Shown here: positions 46,203 through 56,179 of the stretch, piece by piece
Numbering within the stretch: position 1 is the first letter of the stretch
Layout of the letters: each line of letters starts with the position of its first letter
DNA from: an uncultured Candidatus Actinomarina sp.
Lineage (GTDB): Bacteria; Actinomycetota; Acidimicrobiia; Actinomarinales; Actinomarinaceae
NCBI GenBank assembly: GCA_902628045.1
Contig: CACOLU010000001.1
Location: 10,672-74,671, forward strand
DNA length: 64,000 nt
Direction of reading: 5' to 3'
The notes under the pieces: generated by a model
Database searches by the model: none
The model's input: only the letters and a program-made list of their open reading frames with translations
Told to the model about the DNA's origin: nothing
Program-made: the position numbers and the translations under genes

Positions 46203-47822
46203 ATGAGAGTTTTACAAGGCACTGGAGTATCGCCTGGAGTTAATGTTGGAAAGCCAATTAATATAGAACGTGAGCTGGACTTTTCTATCGAAGCAGTTAT
46301 CTCATTAGATGAAGGAGTAAAAGAATTAACTGCAAAATATAAAAGAATTATTGAGAAATACAATTCATCATCTCGAGAAATAGAAGCTGAAGTTTTAGAA
46401 GCATATATCTTAATTCTTAATGATCCCGAATTAATAGATAGTTTATCTGAATTGAATGAAGCAAACTTAAAACAGATTTATGACCTATTTTTGCAACAAT
46501 CTGAAGTATTTAAACAAATGGATGATGAGTATTTTCAGCAAAGATCTGAGGATATTGAAGCAATAGGAAAAGAATTAATATTTACCCTCCAAGATATATC
46601 TATACAGTTTGATGCAGATGTTCCTCAAGTTATATTTGCAAACGAGCTAACACCAAATGAAACATCATCGATGAATCTAAATCTTGTCCAAGGTTTTGTT
46701 GTAAAAGAAGGAGGTCCAACTTCTCATGCTGTAATTGTGGCAAAGAATTACGGCATTCCATGTATTTTAGGGATTAGTGTTGCTGACTTTGACATAGACA
46801 ATGCTGTAGAAGTTATTATCAATGGTTCAACTGGGGAATTAACAATTAATCCTGACGAAAGCTCATTAAAAATTGTTGAAGAGTATAAAGCAACTACAAC
46901 CAAACAGCTTGAAAACTACACAGAAGAAAACTTGAATAAATTGGGCGTTGAACTTAGGGCAAACATCGGCTCAACGGACGAGATTAGAAGTTTTGATGAT
47001 TCATTAATTAAATCAATAGGTTTGTTTCGTTCAGAATTTCTTTATATAGAAGAATCAACAGAACCTGAATTAGATAGCTTAATTAATTCAAACAACCTAC
47101 TTAATGAAAAGTTTGAGGAAACTATTGTTTATAGAACATTAGATATAGGAGGAGACAAACAAGTTGATTATTTAAACTTACCTCAAGAAGAAAATCCATT
47201 TTTAGGAGTTAGGGGGGTAAGGCTTACTTTAGAAAACAGACAACTTTTTGAAACTCAAATTACTTCAATTTTAAACTCGAATATTTATGAAAAAGTAAAA
47301 ATAATGTTTCCTATGGTCGCAACTCTTGAAGACTTTCAAGAAGCAAAAGAAGTGGTGGTTTCTGTAGCAGACAAATTAGATGCCAAAATTCCCAAAATAG
47401 GGATTATGGTAGAAACACCGTCAGTTGCTATATCCCCAGAAATATATATAGATGAGGTAGATTTTTTCTCAATTGGAACAAATGATCTACTCCAGTATTC
47501 ATTTGCAGCTGATAGAGGTATTACATCTTTAAAAAAATATCATGATGTACTAAATCCTTCTTTTTTAAAGCTATTACACAACATAATAAATACTGCTTCC
47601 CAAAATGATATTGAAGTATCAGTCTGTGGTGATATGGCCTCTGACACAGAAGGAGCTTACATGCTTTATCTTTTGGGTTTAAGAATATTTAGCCTAGCTC
47701 CATCACAGGCTCCATCAATAGTTTCATCCCTGCTCAATGCTCAAGAAGCTTTGAAAAATATAGACATAGAAGAAATACTATCTCAAAAAAATTCACAAAG
47801 TGTACGAAAGTTCATAATATAG
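46203..47822 (+). CDS. ptsI: phosphoenolpyruvate-protein phosphotransferase (PTS enzyme I)
   Basis: 539 aa; GGPTSHAVIVAK (active His), LGIGTNDL-like FSIGTNDLLQY, and CGDMA. Confidence 0.9.
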   Translation: MRVLQGTGVSPGVNVGKPINIERELDFSIEAVISLDEGVKELTAKYKRIIEKYNSSSREIEAEVLEAYILILNDPELIDSLSELNEANLKQIYDLFLQQSEVFKQMDDEYFQQRSEDIEAIGKELIFTLQDISIQFDADVPQVIFANELTPNETSSMNLNLVQGFVVKEGGPTSHAVIVAKNYGIPCILGISVADFDIDNAVEVIINGSTGELTINPDESSLKIVEEYKATTTKQLENYTEENLNKLGVELRANIGSTDEIRSFDDSLIKSIGLFRSEFLYIEESTEPELDSLINSNNLLNEKFEETIVYRTLDIGGDKQVDYLNLPQEENPFLGVRGVRLTLENRQLFETQITSILNSNIYEKVKIMFPMVATLEDFQEAKEVVVSVADKLDAKIPKIGIMVETPSVAISPEIYIDEVDFFSIGTNDLLQYSFAADRGITSLKKYHDVLNPSFLKLLHNIINTASQNDIEVSVCGDMASDTEGAYMLYLLGLRIFSLAPSQAPSIVSSLLNAQEALKNIDIEEILSQKNSQSVRKFII

Positions 47823-47829
47823 TTTTATA

Positions 47830-48498
47830 TTGAAAACTTATGGCGTAATACTTGCAGCAGGTGACAGCACTCGCTTTGATGAGGAAGTAAACAAGCTTTT
47901 TTATAAAGTAAATGGTAAAGAGCTTGTCTTATATCCTGTTGAAACTTTTTTAGACAATAATGAAATTGATGAAGTATTGTTAGTTTCTTCTAAATCTAAC
48001 AAGTCAGCATTTGAAAAACTTTTGAAGAAATATCAAAGTGTTTCAATCATACTCGGTGGAGATTCGAGACAAGAAAGCGAGTATTGTGCACTTCAGTATT
48101 TACAAGATAAAGCTACAGATAATTGCTTTATAGTAATACATGATGCCGCTCGTTCTTTTTTGTCTTCTGAACTTTTAACAAGCTTGGTAAAAACAGCGGA
48201 AGAACATGGATCCGCAGCGCCTTATTTAGACAACAGTAAATTTTATGATATACAAAATGATGAAATTGTTACTCAAAAAAAAATTGTAGATATTCAGACA
48301 CCTCAAGTTTATAAATATAAAGAATTGTTTGAGTGTTATTCGTTCCTATCAAAAAATAATATTACTGGTATGGTTGACACAACAGAAAGCATGTTTAACT
48401 TTAACAAATATGAAACCCAAGTAATAAGAGGTGAAGAGAATAACTTAAAAATTACTTATAAAAGTGATTTAGAAATTATTGAGAAAGCCATTATTTAA
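47830..48498 (+). CDS. IspD/TarI-family cytidylyltransferase
   Basis: TTG start; ILAAGDSTRF, GGDSRQES and IHDAARSF motifs. Confidence 0.65.
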   Translation: MKTYGVILAAGDSTRFDEEVNKLFYKVNGKELVLYPVETFLDNNEIDEVLLVSSKSNKSAFEKLLKKYQSVSIILGGDSRQESEYCALQYLQDKATDNCFIVIHDAARSFLSSELLTSLVKTAEEHGSAAPYLDNSKFYDIQNDEIVTQKKIVDIQTPQVYKYKELFECYSFLSKNNITGMVDTTESMFNFNKYETQVIRGEENNLKITYKSDLEIIEKAII

Positions 48499-48500
48499 AA

Positions 48501-49730
48501 ATGAACCAAATAGATAAATTTAAAAATTTTATAGAAGATCGAAATGAAAATATTAAAGTGGGACTTGTTGGAGCAGGTCAAATGGGACAAGGTATTGTGT
48601 CCCAAGTCTCAAAAATGCACGGAGTTGATCTTGTGTGTATTATTGATAGAAATCAAAAACAACTTGATATCGCTTCTGATAGGTATAAAAAACAAAAAGA
48701 AAATACGATTCTTTTATCTGATAGCATTGCAGCTCTAGATAATGTTGAATTAGACATTGTAATTGAGGCAACAGGAACACCTGCTGCGGGGGCTAATGTT
48801 GCAAAGAATGTTTTAAATCGAGGTATTAATTTAATTTTATTAAATGTGGAAACAGAGGCAACTATCGGCTTAGCTCTAAGAAAAGAAGCAGAAAAAAATA
48901 ATGCCATAGTGACAGTTGCTGATGGTGATGAACCTGTAGCTGCTCTTGACTTATACAACTTTGCTACAGAACTTTCTTTTGAAGTTATATCAATTGGAAA
49001 AGGTAAAAATAATCCATTTAATACATTTGCTACTCCTAGTTCATTAACAAAAGAAGCCTCTTTAAAAAAAATGAATCCAAAAATGTTAACAAGTTTTGTT
49101 GATGGAACTAAAACAATGGTTGAGATGGCTGCACTTGCTAACTATTTAGATTTCAATATAGATGTTGATGGCATGCATGGAATAGATGCAACATATGACA
49201 ATATAAACCAGTTTTATATTCCAAAAAAAGATGGAGGATTATTAAACGAATCGCAAGTTGTTGATTTTGCTTTTGGAATTGCACCAGGTGTTTTTGCTGT
49301 AATCTATTCTGAGGATGATTATGTAAATTATGAAATGGAATATCTCAAAATGGGGGAAGGTCCATATTGGACTTTGGCTAGGCCTTACCATTTAACAAGT
49401 CTTGAAATACCAAGAACAATAAGACATATTATGTTAGAAAAATATTCAAAGTTGAGTGCACAAAGTTGGAATGTTGAAGTTGTTGCTTATGCTAAACAAG
49501 ACATTGAACCAGGTACAAATCTTGGTTCGATTGGCGGAGATTATATATATGGAAAAGCACAGAAATTACAATCATCAAAGGGCTTCCTTCCAATTGGTAT
49601 TGCAGAAGACAATATTGCCACAAATGCGATATCAAAAGGAAATCCTATTGCAATTGGAGATGTAGATGCACAAGATAATGAGTTATGTGAATATTGGAAT
49701 TATCAAAATCAATTATTAGATAGTGATTAA
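48501..49730 (+). CDS. NAD(P)-binding oxidoreductase, homoserine-dehydrogenase-like with C-terminal SAF-like domain (COG4091-like)
   Basis: VGLVGAGQMGQG Rossmann motif; about 409 aa; C-terminal G..L...G...G region. Confidence 0.5.
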   Translation: MNQIDKFKNFIEDRNENIKVGLVGAGQMGQGIVSQVSKMHGVDLVCIIDRNQKQLDIASDRYKKQKENTILLSDSIAALDNVELDIVIEATGTPAAGANVAKNVLNRGINLILLNVETEATIGLALRKEAEKNNAIVTVADGDEPVAALDLYNFATELSFEVISIGKGKNNPFNTFATPSSLTKEASLKKMNPKMLTSFVDGTKTMVEMAALANYLDFNIDVDGMHGIDATYDNINQFYIPKKDGGLLNESQVVDFAFGIAPGVFAVIYSEDDYVNYEMEYLKMGEGPYWTLARPYHLTSLEIPRTIRHIMLEKYSKLSAQSWNVEVVAYAKQDIEPGTNLGSIGGDYIYGKAQKLQSSKGFLPIGIAEDNIATNAISKGNPIAIGDVDAQDNELCEYWNYQNQLLDSD

Positions 49731-49763
49731 TTTTACAAAGAGTTATTATGAAACTTGATACTG

Positions 49764-50288
49764 ATGAAAAATAATAAACAAAGAACCGGAGCTCAAGAAC
49801 TCGATTTTGAGTTAGTTGACCTTTACAAATCAGATAGCAACAAATCATCTACTATTGCTCTTCATTTTGACACTCAAGAAACAAATCAATTTTGTGATTT
49901 CACTGAAGCTGTTTTAGAAATTATTGCAAAGAGTGGTATTAAGCACGGCTCTGTTTCACTTTTCACACCGCACACAACCACAGCAGTAGTTATAAATGAA
50001 TCTGAAACAGGTTACATTAATGACTTTAAGAAAAAGATTGAAGAACTTGTACCTTCTGATTCTTATTACGAACATGATGATTGGGATCTTAGAACTGAAA
50101 ATATGCAGGAAGATGAGAATATTAATGGCAGGTCACACGTAAGAGGAACAATAATTGGTTCTTCTGGCGTAACTTTACCAATAATTAATTCTGAATTAAT
50201 TATTGGAAGATGGCAAAGACTTTTCTTTGTTGAACTAGATTGTGCTCGTTCTAGAAGACTTTTTGTTCAAACCCAAGATTTAAATTAA
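49764..50288 (+). CDS. yjbQ: YjbQ/UPF0047 family protein (secondary thiamine-phosphate synthase-like)
   Basis: FTPHTTTAVVINESE, ...HD...N...H... and GRWQ..FF.E motifs. ATG at 49764 preferred over the TTG at 49755. Confidence 0.7.
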   Translation: MKNNKQRTGAQELDFELVDLYKSDSNKSSTIALHFDTQETNQFCDFTEAVLEIIAKSGIKHGSVSLFTPHTTTAVVINESETGYINDFKKKIEELVPSDSYYEHDDWDLRTENMQEDENINGRSHVRGTIIGSSGVTLPIINSELIIGRWQRLFFVELDCARSRRLFVQTQDLN

Positions 50289-50878
50289 CCTTTAACTTCT
50301 AAAAAATAATCAGGTTCTTCATCTATTTTCCATTTGATATTACATCCCATACTTGGATATTGAGGAGATATAATCTCATTAGAGTTCAAGTAGGATTCCA
50401 CTGCTTGAGCTAAACTCTCTCCTGTCACAGGTTTATCATTACCTGGTCTAGAGAAGTCAAACTGCCCTCTGTAAATAAGTTCGGAGTCACTATTAAAGAG
50501 AAAAAAATCGGGTGTACATTGAGCTGTAAAATTCTTGGCAACAGTCTGATCTTCATCAACTACATAAGGAAAGTTATACCCTAACTCCGCTGCATACTCT
50601 TTCATCTTTTCAATACTATCTTCTGCATATTTTTCTTGAGAGCTATCGTTTGAGTTAACGCCAATAACACCGATATTTTTAGCAATTAAATCGTTTGTAA
50701 AGTCAACTAATTCTTTATTGATATGTTTAACAAAGGGACAGTGATTGCAAATAAACATTACTAAAAGACCATTATTTTCGGAAAAATCACTATTTTTATG
50801 ATATTTTTCGTCAATTCCCCTCAGATTAAATTCAGGCAATTTAGTACCTAAAGGTAACATTGTTGATTCTACATCCAT
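50285..50878 (-). CDS. thioredoxin-fold (AhpC/TSA-like) protein
   Basis: LVMFICNHCPFV redox motif; 197 aa. Confidence 0.7.
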   Translation of the reverse strand: MDVESTMLPLGTKLPEFNLRGIDEKYHKNSDFSENNGLLVMFICNHCPFVKHINKELVDFTNDLIAKNIGVIGVNSNDSSQEKYAEDSIEKMKEYAAELGYNFPYVVDEDQTVAKNFTAQCTPDFFLFNSDSELIYRGQFDFSRPGNDKPVTGESLAQAVESYLNSNEIISPQYPSMGCNIKWKIDEEPDYFLEVKG

Positions 50879-51078
50879 TTTTCCTCACTTTTTTATTTAA
50901 TATTTCACAAGTATACAAAGTACTTGGGCTAATGAGACCTGAGTATGTTTCCAGAGTTACATAAAATGTAAAATTTTCGTTCAAATTAGCTGAATCCTGA
51001 GAAAAACTTTCATATACTTAGAGGGATTATTTTATAAATTAATCAATATAAAAATCAATCGTTAGGGGGATTGTAAAT

Positions 51079-52140
51079 ATGAAAGAATCCATACAACGCG
51101 TTGGCGGTGCTATGTCAGGAATGGTTATTCCTAACATCGGCGCATTCATCGCTTGGGGTTTGATTACAGCACTCTATATTCCAACTGGTTGGACGCCAAA
51201 TGAAGATTTGTCATCCATGGTTGGACCTATGATTCTAACCCTCCTTCCACTTTTGTTAGGTTACACAGGTGGAAAGATGGTACACGGTCATAGAGGTGGT
51301 GTGATCGGTGCAGTTGTTACAACAGCTATTATTGTTGCAACTTCTTCACCTCAGTTCCTAGGCGCTATGGTCATGGGACCAGCAGCAGCTTGGGTAATGA
51401 AACAAGTTGACGACAGATTACAAGACAGCATTCCTGAAGGCTTTGAGATGTTATATGATAACTTCTCACTTGGTATTTTGGGTTGGGGTCTTTCTGTCAT
51501 AGCTTATAATGTTATAAGTCCAGTACTTGACGCAATCACACAAGCTTTAGGAGATGGTGCAGCTGCACTTGTCGACAGTGGATTAGTTCCACTAGCAGAC
51601 ATTCCTATTGAGGTCGCTAAAGTATTGTTCTTGAATAATGCTGTAAACCAAGGTGTATTAACACCTCTAGGTGCAGCTGAGTCAGCAGAAGCTGGCCAAT
51701 CAATTTATTTCTTGTTAGAAACTAACCCAGGTCCTGGACTTGGATTGCTTCTAGCTTATTGGTTTGCTGGAACTGGTATGTGGAAAGAATCCGCACCTGG
51801 CTCAATCATTATTCATTTCTTTGGAGGAATCCATGAAATTTACTTCCCATATGTCCTTGGTCATCCAATTATGATCATCGCTATGTGGGCTGGTGGAATT
51901 TCAGCTGACCTCTGGTTCGTAGCAACTGGAGCTGGTTTAGTTGGACCTCCTTCACCGGGAAGTATTTTCGCATACATTGCTATGCTTCCTAGAGGTGGGG
52001 CGTTCCCAGTGTTAGCTGGTGTAGCGATAGCAACAGCAGCATCAGCAGTAGTTGGTGTTATCTTGTTAAGAGCACGTCCTATTAAAGAAACAGACGCAGG
52101 AGTAGATACAGTAATCGAGAGTAATATACCTGGTGTCTAA
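51079..52140 (+). CDS. mtlA: PTS mannitol-specific EIIC component
   Basis: MVIPNIGAFIAWGLITALYIPTGW and LLGYTGGKMV closely follow the E. coli MtlA N-terminus. Confidence 0.9.
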   Translation: MKESIQRVGGAMSGMVIPNIGAFIAWGLITALYIPTGWTPNEDLSSMVGPMILTLLPLLLGYTGGKMVHGHRGGVIGAVVTTAIIVATSSPQFLGAMVMGPAAAWVMKQVDDRLQDSIPEGFEMLYDNFSLGILGWGLSVIAYNVISPVLDAITQALGDGAAALVDSGLVPLADIPIEVAKVLFLNNAVNQGVLTPLGAAESAEAGQSIYFLLETNPGPGLGLLLAYWFAGTGMWKESAPGSIIIHFFGGIHEIYFPYVLGHPIMIIAMWAGGISADLWFVATGAGLVGPPSPGSIFAYIAMLPRGGAFPVLAGVAIATAASAVVGVILLRARPIKETDAGVDTVIESNIPGV

Positions 52141-52160
52141 ATAAAACTATTAAGTTATAA

Positions 52161-52198
52161 TTGACTTGGGAAGTAAAATTCCCAAGTCAATTTTTTTT
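52161..52198 (+). terminator. intrinsic terminator/attenuator between the EIIC and EIIB genes
   Basis: Perfect 12-bp stem TTGACTTGGGAA / TTCCCAAGTCAA, 6-nt loop, then T8. Confidence 0.7.
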
Positions 52199-52208
52199 GG
52201 AGGAAATT

Positions 52209-52529
52209 ATGAGTTCAATTAAAGGTTCAGAAGTTAAAAAAATATGTCTTGCTTGTGAGGCTGGAGCAGGGTCAAGCTTAATGGTTAAAAATGGTTTAAT
52301 CAAGAAAGCTAAGAAAGCAGGACTGGATGTTGAAATTGTTCATGCTCCTGCAACTCAAATACCTGATGATGCAGACGTAGTAGTTTGTCATACTGGACTA
52401 GCTGGAGCAGCAAGAAACGCAGCTCCGGAAGGCTCTGTTTTAATACAATTTACTATGTTTATGAATGATCCAAATTTAAAGAAGTTAATTACAGATATAT
52501 CTGAGGATAATGAGATAACTTCTTCATGA
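52209..52529 (+). CDS. PTS mannitol-type EIIB component
   Basis: GGAGGA RBS plus ATG at 52209. ACEAGAGSSLM matches the MtlA EIIB phospho-Cys loop (ACDAGMGSS). Confidence 0.8.
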   Translation: MSSIKGSEVKKICLACEAGAGSSLMVKNGLIKKAKKAGLDVEIVHAPATQIPDDADVVVCHTGLAGAARNAAPEGSVLIQFTMFMNDPNLKKLITDISEDNEITSS

Positions 52530-52969
52530 ATCAAATAAATGTATTGATAAAAGAATCAATACAGACAAATAAGTCATTTACAGACAATAAAGAGGCAACA
52601 GTAGCTGCTGGAAAGATATTATTTGAAAATGGCTATGTTCAAGAAGAGTATATAGACTCAATGCTTGAAAAACTTGAGACACAATCTTTTGCAACTTATA
52701 TAGGAAATGGTGTTGCAATACCACACGGTATGGCTGAGGGCTCAAAATATGTTAAGAATACAGGAATTTCAATTATTCAGGTTCCTAATGGTGTCGAGTG
52801 GAATGAAGAAAGAGCATATATTGTGGTTGGAATTGCGGCTAATTCTGATGATCATATGAATGTTCTAGCCTCATTAGCAGATGCTATTGAAGATCCGGAT
52901 GAAGCAAAAAAACTTTGGAGTGAGTCTTCAGTTGACAGAATATTCGATCTTTTATCTAAAAATCTATGA
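52526..52969 (+). CDS. mtlF: PTS EIIA component, mannitol/fructose type
   Basis: GNGVAIPHG active-His motif; 147 aa. Confidence 0.85.
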   Translation: MNQINVLIKESIQTNKSFTDNKEATVAAGKILFENGYVQEEYIDSMLEKLETQSFATYIGNGVAIPHGMAEGSKYVKNTGISIIQVPNGVEWNEERAYIVVGIAANSDDHMNVLASLADAIEDPDEAKKLWSESSVDRIFDLLSKNL

Positions 52970-54039
52970 AGTTAGCCATCCACTTTGGGGCTGGAAATAT
53001 AGGTAGAGGATTTATTGCTCCTATTCTCCAAGAAAATAATTATGAAGTTGTATTTGTAGATGTAAACAAAGAATTGATTGAACAGATTAATTTATTTCAG
53101 GGTTATAAAGTAAGCTCTATTAGCTTAAATTCGTCTTCAGATATTTTTGTAAAAAATATTAGCGGCTTAATTTTAGATGATAAAGAGCTTGTTTATGAGA
53201 AATTAGCACAAGCTGATCTGATCACCACATCAGTTGGGCCTAGGTTTGTAAAAGATATTTTTAACTTAATATCCAGAACCAAAACTGAAAAAACACAAGC
53301 ATTTATTGCTTTTGAAAATATGTATAGAGCATCATCAACTAATTCAATTGACAGCAGTCTGAGCAAACTTATTTTAATTGATGCTGTAGTTGATAAAATT
53401 ATTCCACCTCAGAATAAAACTTCATTAGACGTAATAGTCGAAGAATACGGATCAATCATATTAGATAAAAATATTGAGATAAAACCATTAAATGAATCAA
53501 AAATTGTATCATACAGAGATTATGAGCATGAGTTTTATAAGAAGCTGTGGCTTCTTAATGGCTTGCATTTAAAACTAGCTTATTTTGGTCTATCAAGAAA
53601 TTTCAAATATATTCATGAAATTTTAAATAATCAGGAAGGAATAGAGTTTGCAGAGAAAGCTCTAGATTCACTTTCAAAAGCTTATAATTTATTTTCAAAG
53701 AGTACTGAAGATTTAAAAGATTTTAAACAAACTATATTAACAAGGTTTTCATTACCCGAAATTCAAGATGAAGTAATTAGAATTGCTAGAAATCCAGAGA
53801 TTAAATTTTCAAAAGACGAAAGATTTGAAAGACCACTAAGGCTTTTAATTTCAGTAAATGAAGGTGTAGAGACATTTAAAGAAATAATAGATATTATTTT
53901 TGAAAATGAATTTGAACAAGTAGATGGATTTCGTGATTTTAAAAATAGTCAACTTTCTTATGATAAAAATTATTTTTATAATGAATTTTGGAATGTTGAT
54001 AATTATAGTGAGAAATACATTCAAGCATTAGGAAATTAA
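52966..54039 (+). CDS. mtlD: mannitol-1-phosphate 5-dehydrogenase
   Basis: N-terminal HFGAGNIGRGFI and VDKI.P motif. Confidence 0.85.
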   Translation: MKLAIHFGAGNIGRGFIAPILQENNYEVVFVDVNKELIEQINLFQGYKVSSISLNSSSDIFVKNISGLILDDKELVYEKLAQADLITTSVGPRFVKDIFNLISRTKTEKTQAFIAFENMYRASSTNSIDSSLSKLILIDAVVDKIIPPQNKTSLDVIVEEYGSIILDKNIEIKPLNESKIVSYRDYEHEFYKKLWLLNGLHLKLAYFGLSRNFKYIHEILNNQEGIEFAEKALDSLSKAYNLFSKSTEDLKDFKQTILTRFSLPEIQDEVIRIARNPEIKFSKDERFERPLRLLISVNEGVETFKEIIDIIFENEFEQVDGFRDFKNSQLSYDKNYFYNEFWNVDNYSEKYIQALGN

Positions 54040-54324
54040 ATGATAGAAAAAATATTGTCTGTTAAGGATAAAGTGGGTTTACATGCTAGGCCAGCCAGTC
54101 TATTTGTGAAATTAGCACAAGAATTTGATGGATCGGTTTTAGTTAAATTTAATAAAGTCAATAAAGATACAGGTGAAGAAGAATTAGTTGAAAAAGACGG
54201 AAAGAGTATGATTGGTATTCTAAGCCTAGGTATTGCTAAGGATAAACCATTTACACTTGTTCTGGATGGAAAAGATGAAGAAGCTTACATGTTAAAATTC
54301 GAGGATTTAATCGAAAATGAGTGA
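54040..54324 (+). CDS. ptsH: phosphocarrier protein HPr
   Basis: GLHARPAS (His15) and GKSMIGILSLG (Ser46 region). Carries an extra acidic insertion NKDTGEEELVEKD. Confidence 0.85.
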   Translation: MIEKILSVKDKVGLHARPASLFVKLAQEFDGSVLVKFNKVNKDTGEEELVEKDGKSMIGILSLGIAKDKPFTLVLDGKDEEAYMLKFEDLIENE

Positions 54325-54595
54325 CGAACTTAAAAACTTACTTTTGCAATCAAATAAAGTTAATGATTCAGAAATGTGGGATGCAGAGTATGATTCCCTT
54401 CCTGTCGTAATTGCAGATTCAACTGCGACTTTGGATAGTGCATTATTAAAATTAGATGAAGTAGGTGGATATGGTTACATTGCAACTTGGAGAAAAAATT
54501 TATTTGCATTTAATACTAAATTACTATCCAAACGATGTGGATTGATTGATGAAAATGGCAATTTGCTAAAAGCTGCAAGAGTACCTAAAAATTAA
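54317..54595 (+). CDS. hypothetical protein, last gene of the mtl/ptsH operon
   Basis: 92-aa ORF overlapping the ptsH stop by 8 nt; no motif. Confidence 0.5.
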   Translation: MSDELKNLLLQSNKVNDSEMWDAEYDSLPVVIADSTATLDSALLKLDEVGGYGYIATWRKNLFAFNTKLLSKRCGLIDENGNLLKAARVPKN

Positions 54596-54873
54596 ATATT
54601 ATTTCTAAAATTGTATATTTGTAATCTAATTATCTGAATTGTATTCATAGCGACAATAGTGACACCTATTTTGATAATTTCTCTCATCCACCATAGGTTT
54701 TGTGGGATATCCATATTATTTCCAATAGAGCCACCGATCAATCCACCAACTAAACCTGATGATATAAGTAGTAAGTAATCACGACTGCTCGCTCTTTTAA
54801 GAAATAAAGAAGCAATTAAACCGTATACAAGCCAACCACCAAGTAGGGGGACTAATGCGTAAATTACTTCCAT
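54592..54873 (-). CDS. GlsB/YeaQ/YmgE-like small membrane protein
   Basis: 93 aa with Gly-zipper helices (GLVGGLIGGSIG). Confidence 0.5.
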   Translation of the reverse strand: MEVIYALVPLLGGWLVYGLIASLFLKRASSRDYLLLISSGLVGGLIGGSIGNNMDIPQNLWWMREIIKIGVTIVAMNTIQIIRLQIYNFRNNI

Positions 54874-54900
54874 GGAATAATATTAGTTGATTTGTTTCAA

Positions 54901-56148
54901 CTATTTCTTTGCTATTTTTTTTACTATAAAAGATTCTATTCTTCTATTGTCCAGTTCGGTTACTGTTATTTCTAGTCCATCAATAGTAATTTTCTCACCT
55001 TCTGCGGGAAGTTGTTCTGAGTGACTCAAAAACAATCCACCAACTGTAGCAATGTCTTTATCACTTTCCTCTAAACCAAAAAATTCTTCAAAATCATCAA
55101 TATCTGTTTTACCGTCTACTCTCCATTGGCCAGGACCTATTCTTCTAATTCCAAGGAATCTTTGATCATGTTCATCAGGTAAGTCACCAACGAATTCTGA
55201 AAGAACGTCCTTAATTGTTATTACACCTTCTATACCACCATTTTCATCAATAACACAGGCAAAACTTGATTTGTTTTCTCTTAGGATATTTAGCGCTGAT
55301 AAAACTGTTGTGTATTCGGGAAGGTATATGACATCTTTTACAAGGTTTTCAATTTCAACTGAATCTGAAGCAGTCTTCAAATTAAACAAATCTTTTACAT
55401 ATACAATACCAAATGTACCGTCAAGTGATTCTGATTTTGATACAGGCATTCTTGAAATTCTTTTTTCATTAACCAACTGTTTGACTTCAGCAATATTAAT
55501 AGGCAAAGATAAAAATAAAACATCAACTCTTGGAGTCATAATTTCTTTTATTGGCCTGTCTGAAAAGTCAAGCAATGAGTCAATGATCTCTCTTTCGGCT
55601 GGTAGTATTTGTCCTTCTATTTCCCCCAATGCTGTTAAAGCTTGAATATCAGCTTCAGTTACTTCTGCATCATCTTTGTCGGTTGATCTAACAAACTTCA
55701 TGATTATTTTTGTTATACCATCAGTAAAGGGTGCAAAAATTTTTGATAAAATCTCAACCAAAAAAGTAGTTCTAGACAGAAATGAAATAGGTAGTTTTGT
55801 AGCAAGCGTTTTAGGGGTGATATCTCCAAAAATTAACACAATTACAGTTGTGAATACAGTAGCTAGTGCACTTCCTGCGCTTTCTCCAAATCGTCTTACA
55901 AAAATCAAAGTTGCAACTGATGCCATTAAAATATTAACAAAGTTGTTACCAACTAGTATCCCACCAATTGTTTTCTCTATATTATCTTTAGCTCTTTTAA
56001 TCCTGTTATTCTTCCTATTTTCTTCTAGTTGATGAACTTTTTGAATAGGAATAGATGTTATGGCTGTTTCTGAACCAGATAACATTCCTGACAGCACTAA
56101 GCAGACAAAGAACACTATATATAAAACGATGTCAAAGTTGATACTCAA
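54901..56148 (-). CDS. CNNM/CorC-type hemolysin-family protein (DUF21 + CBS pair + CorC_HlyC)
   Basis: 415 aa: N-terminal 4 TM, IMTPR CBS region, C-terminal GG....G..P..G. Confidence 0.85.
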   Translation of the reverse strand: MSINFDIVLYIVFFVCLVLSGMLSGSETAITSIPIQKVHQLEENRKNNRIKRAKDNIEKTIGGILVGNNFVNILMASVATLIFVRRFGESAGSALATVFTTVIVLIFGDITPKTLATKLPISFLSRTTFLVEILSKIFAPFTDGITKIIMKFVRSTDKDDAEVTEADIQALTALGEIEGQILPAEREIIDSLLDFSDRPIKEIMTPRVDVLFLSLPINIAEVKQLVNEKRISRMPVSKSESLDGTFGIVYVKDLFNLKTASDSVEIENLVKDVIYLPEYTTVLSALNILRENKSSFACVIDENGGIEGVITIKDVLSEFVGDLPDEHDQRFLGIRRIGPGQWRVDGKTDIDDFEEFFGLEESDKDIATVGGLFLSHSEQLPAEGEKITIDGLEITVTELDNRRIESFIVKKIAKK

Positions 56149-56179
56149 TTTGTATTATTGATTTTAGATAATATTTGAT

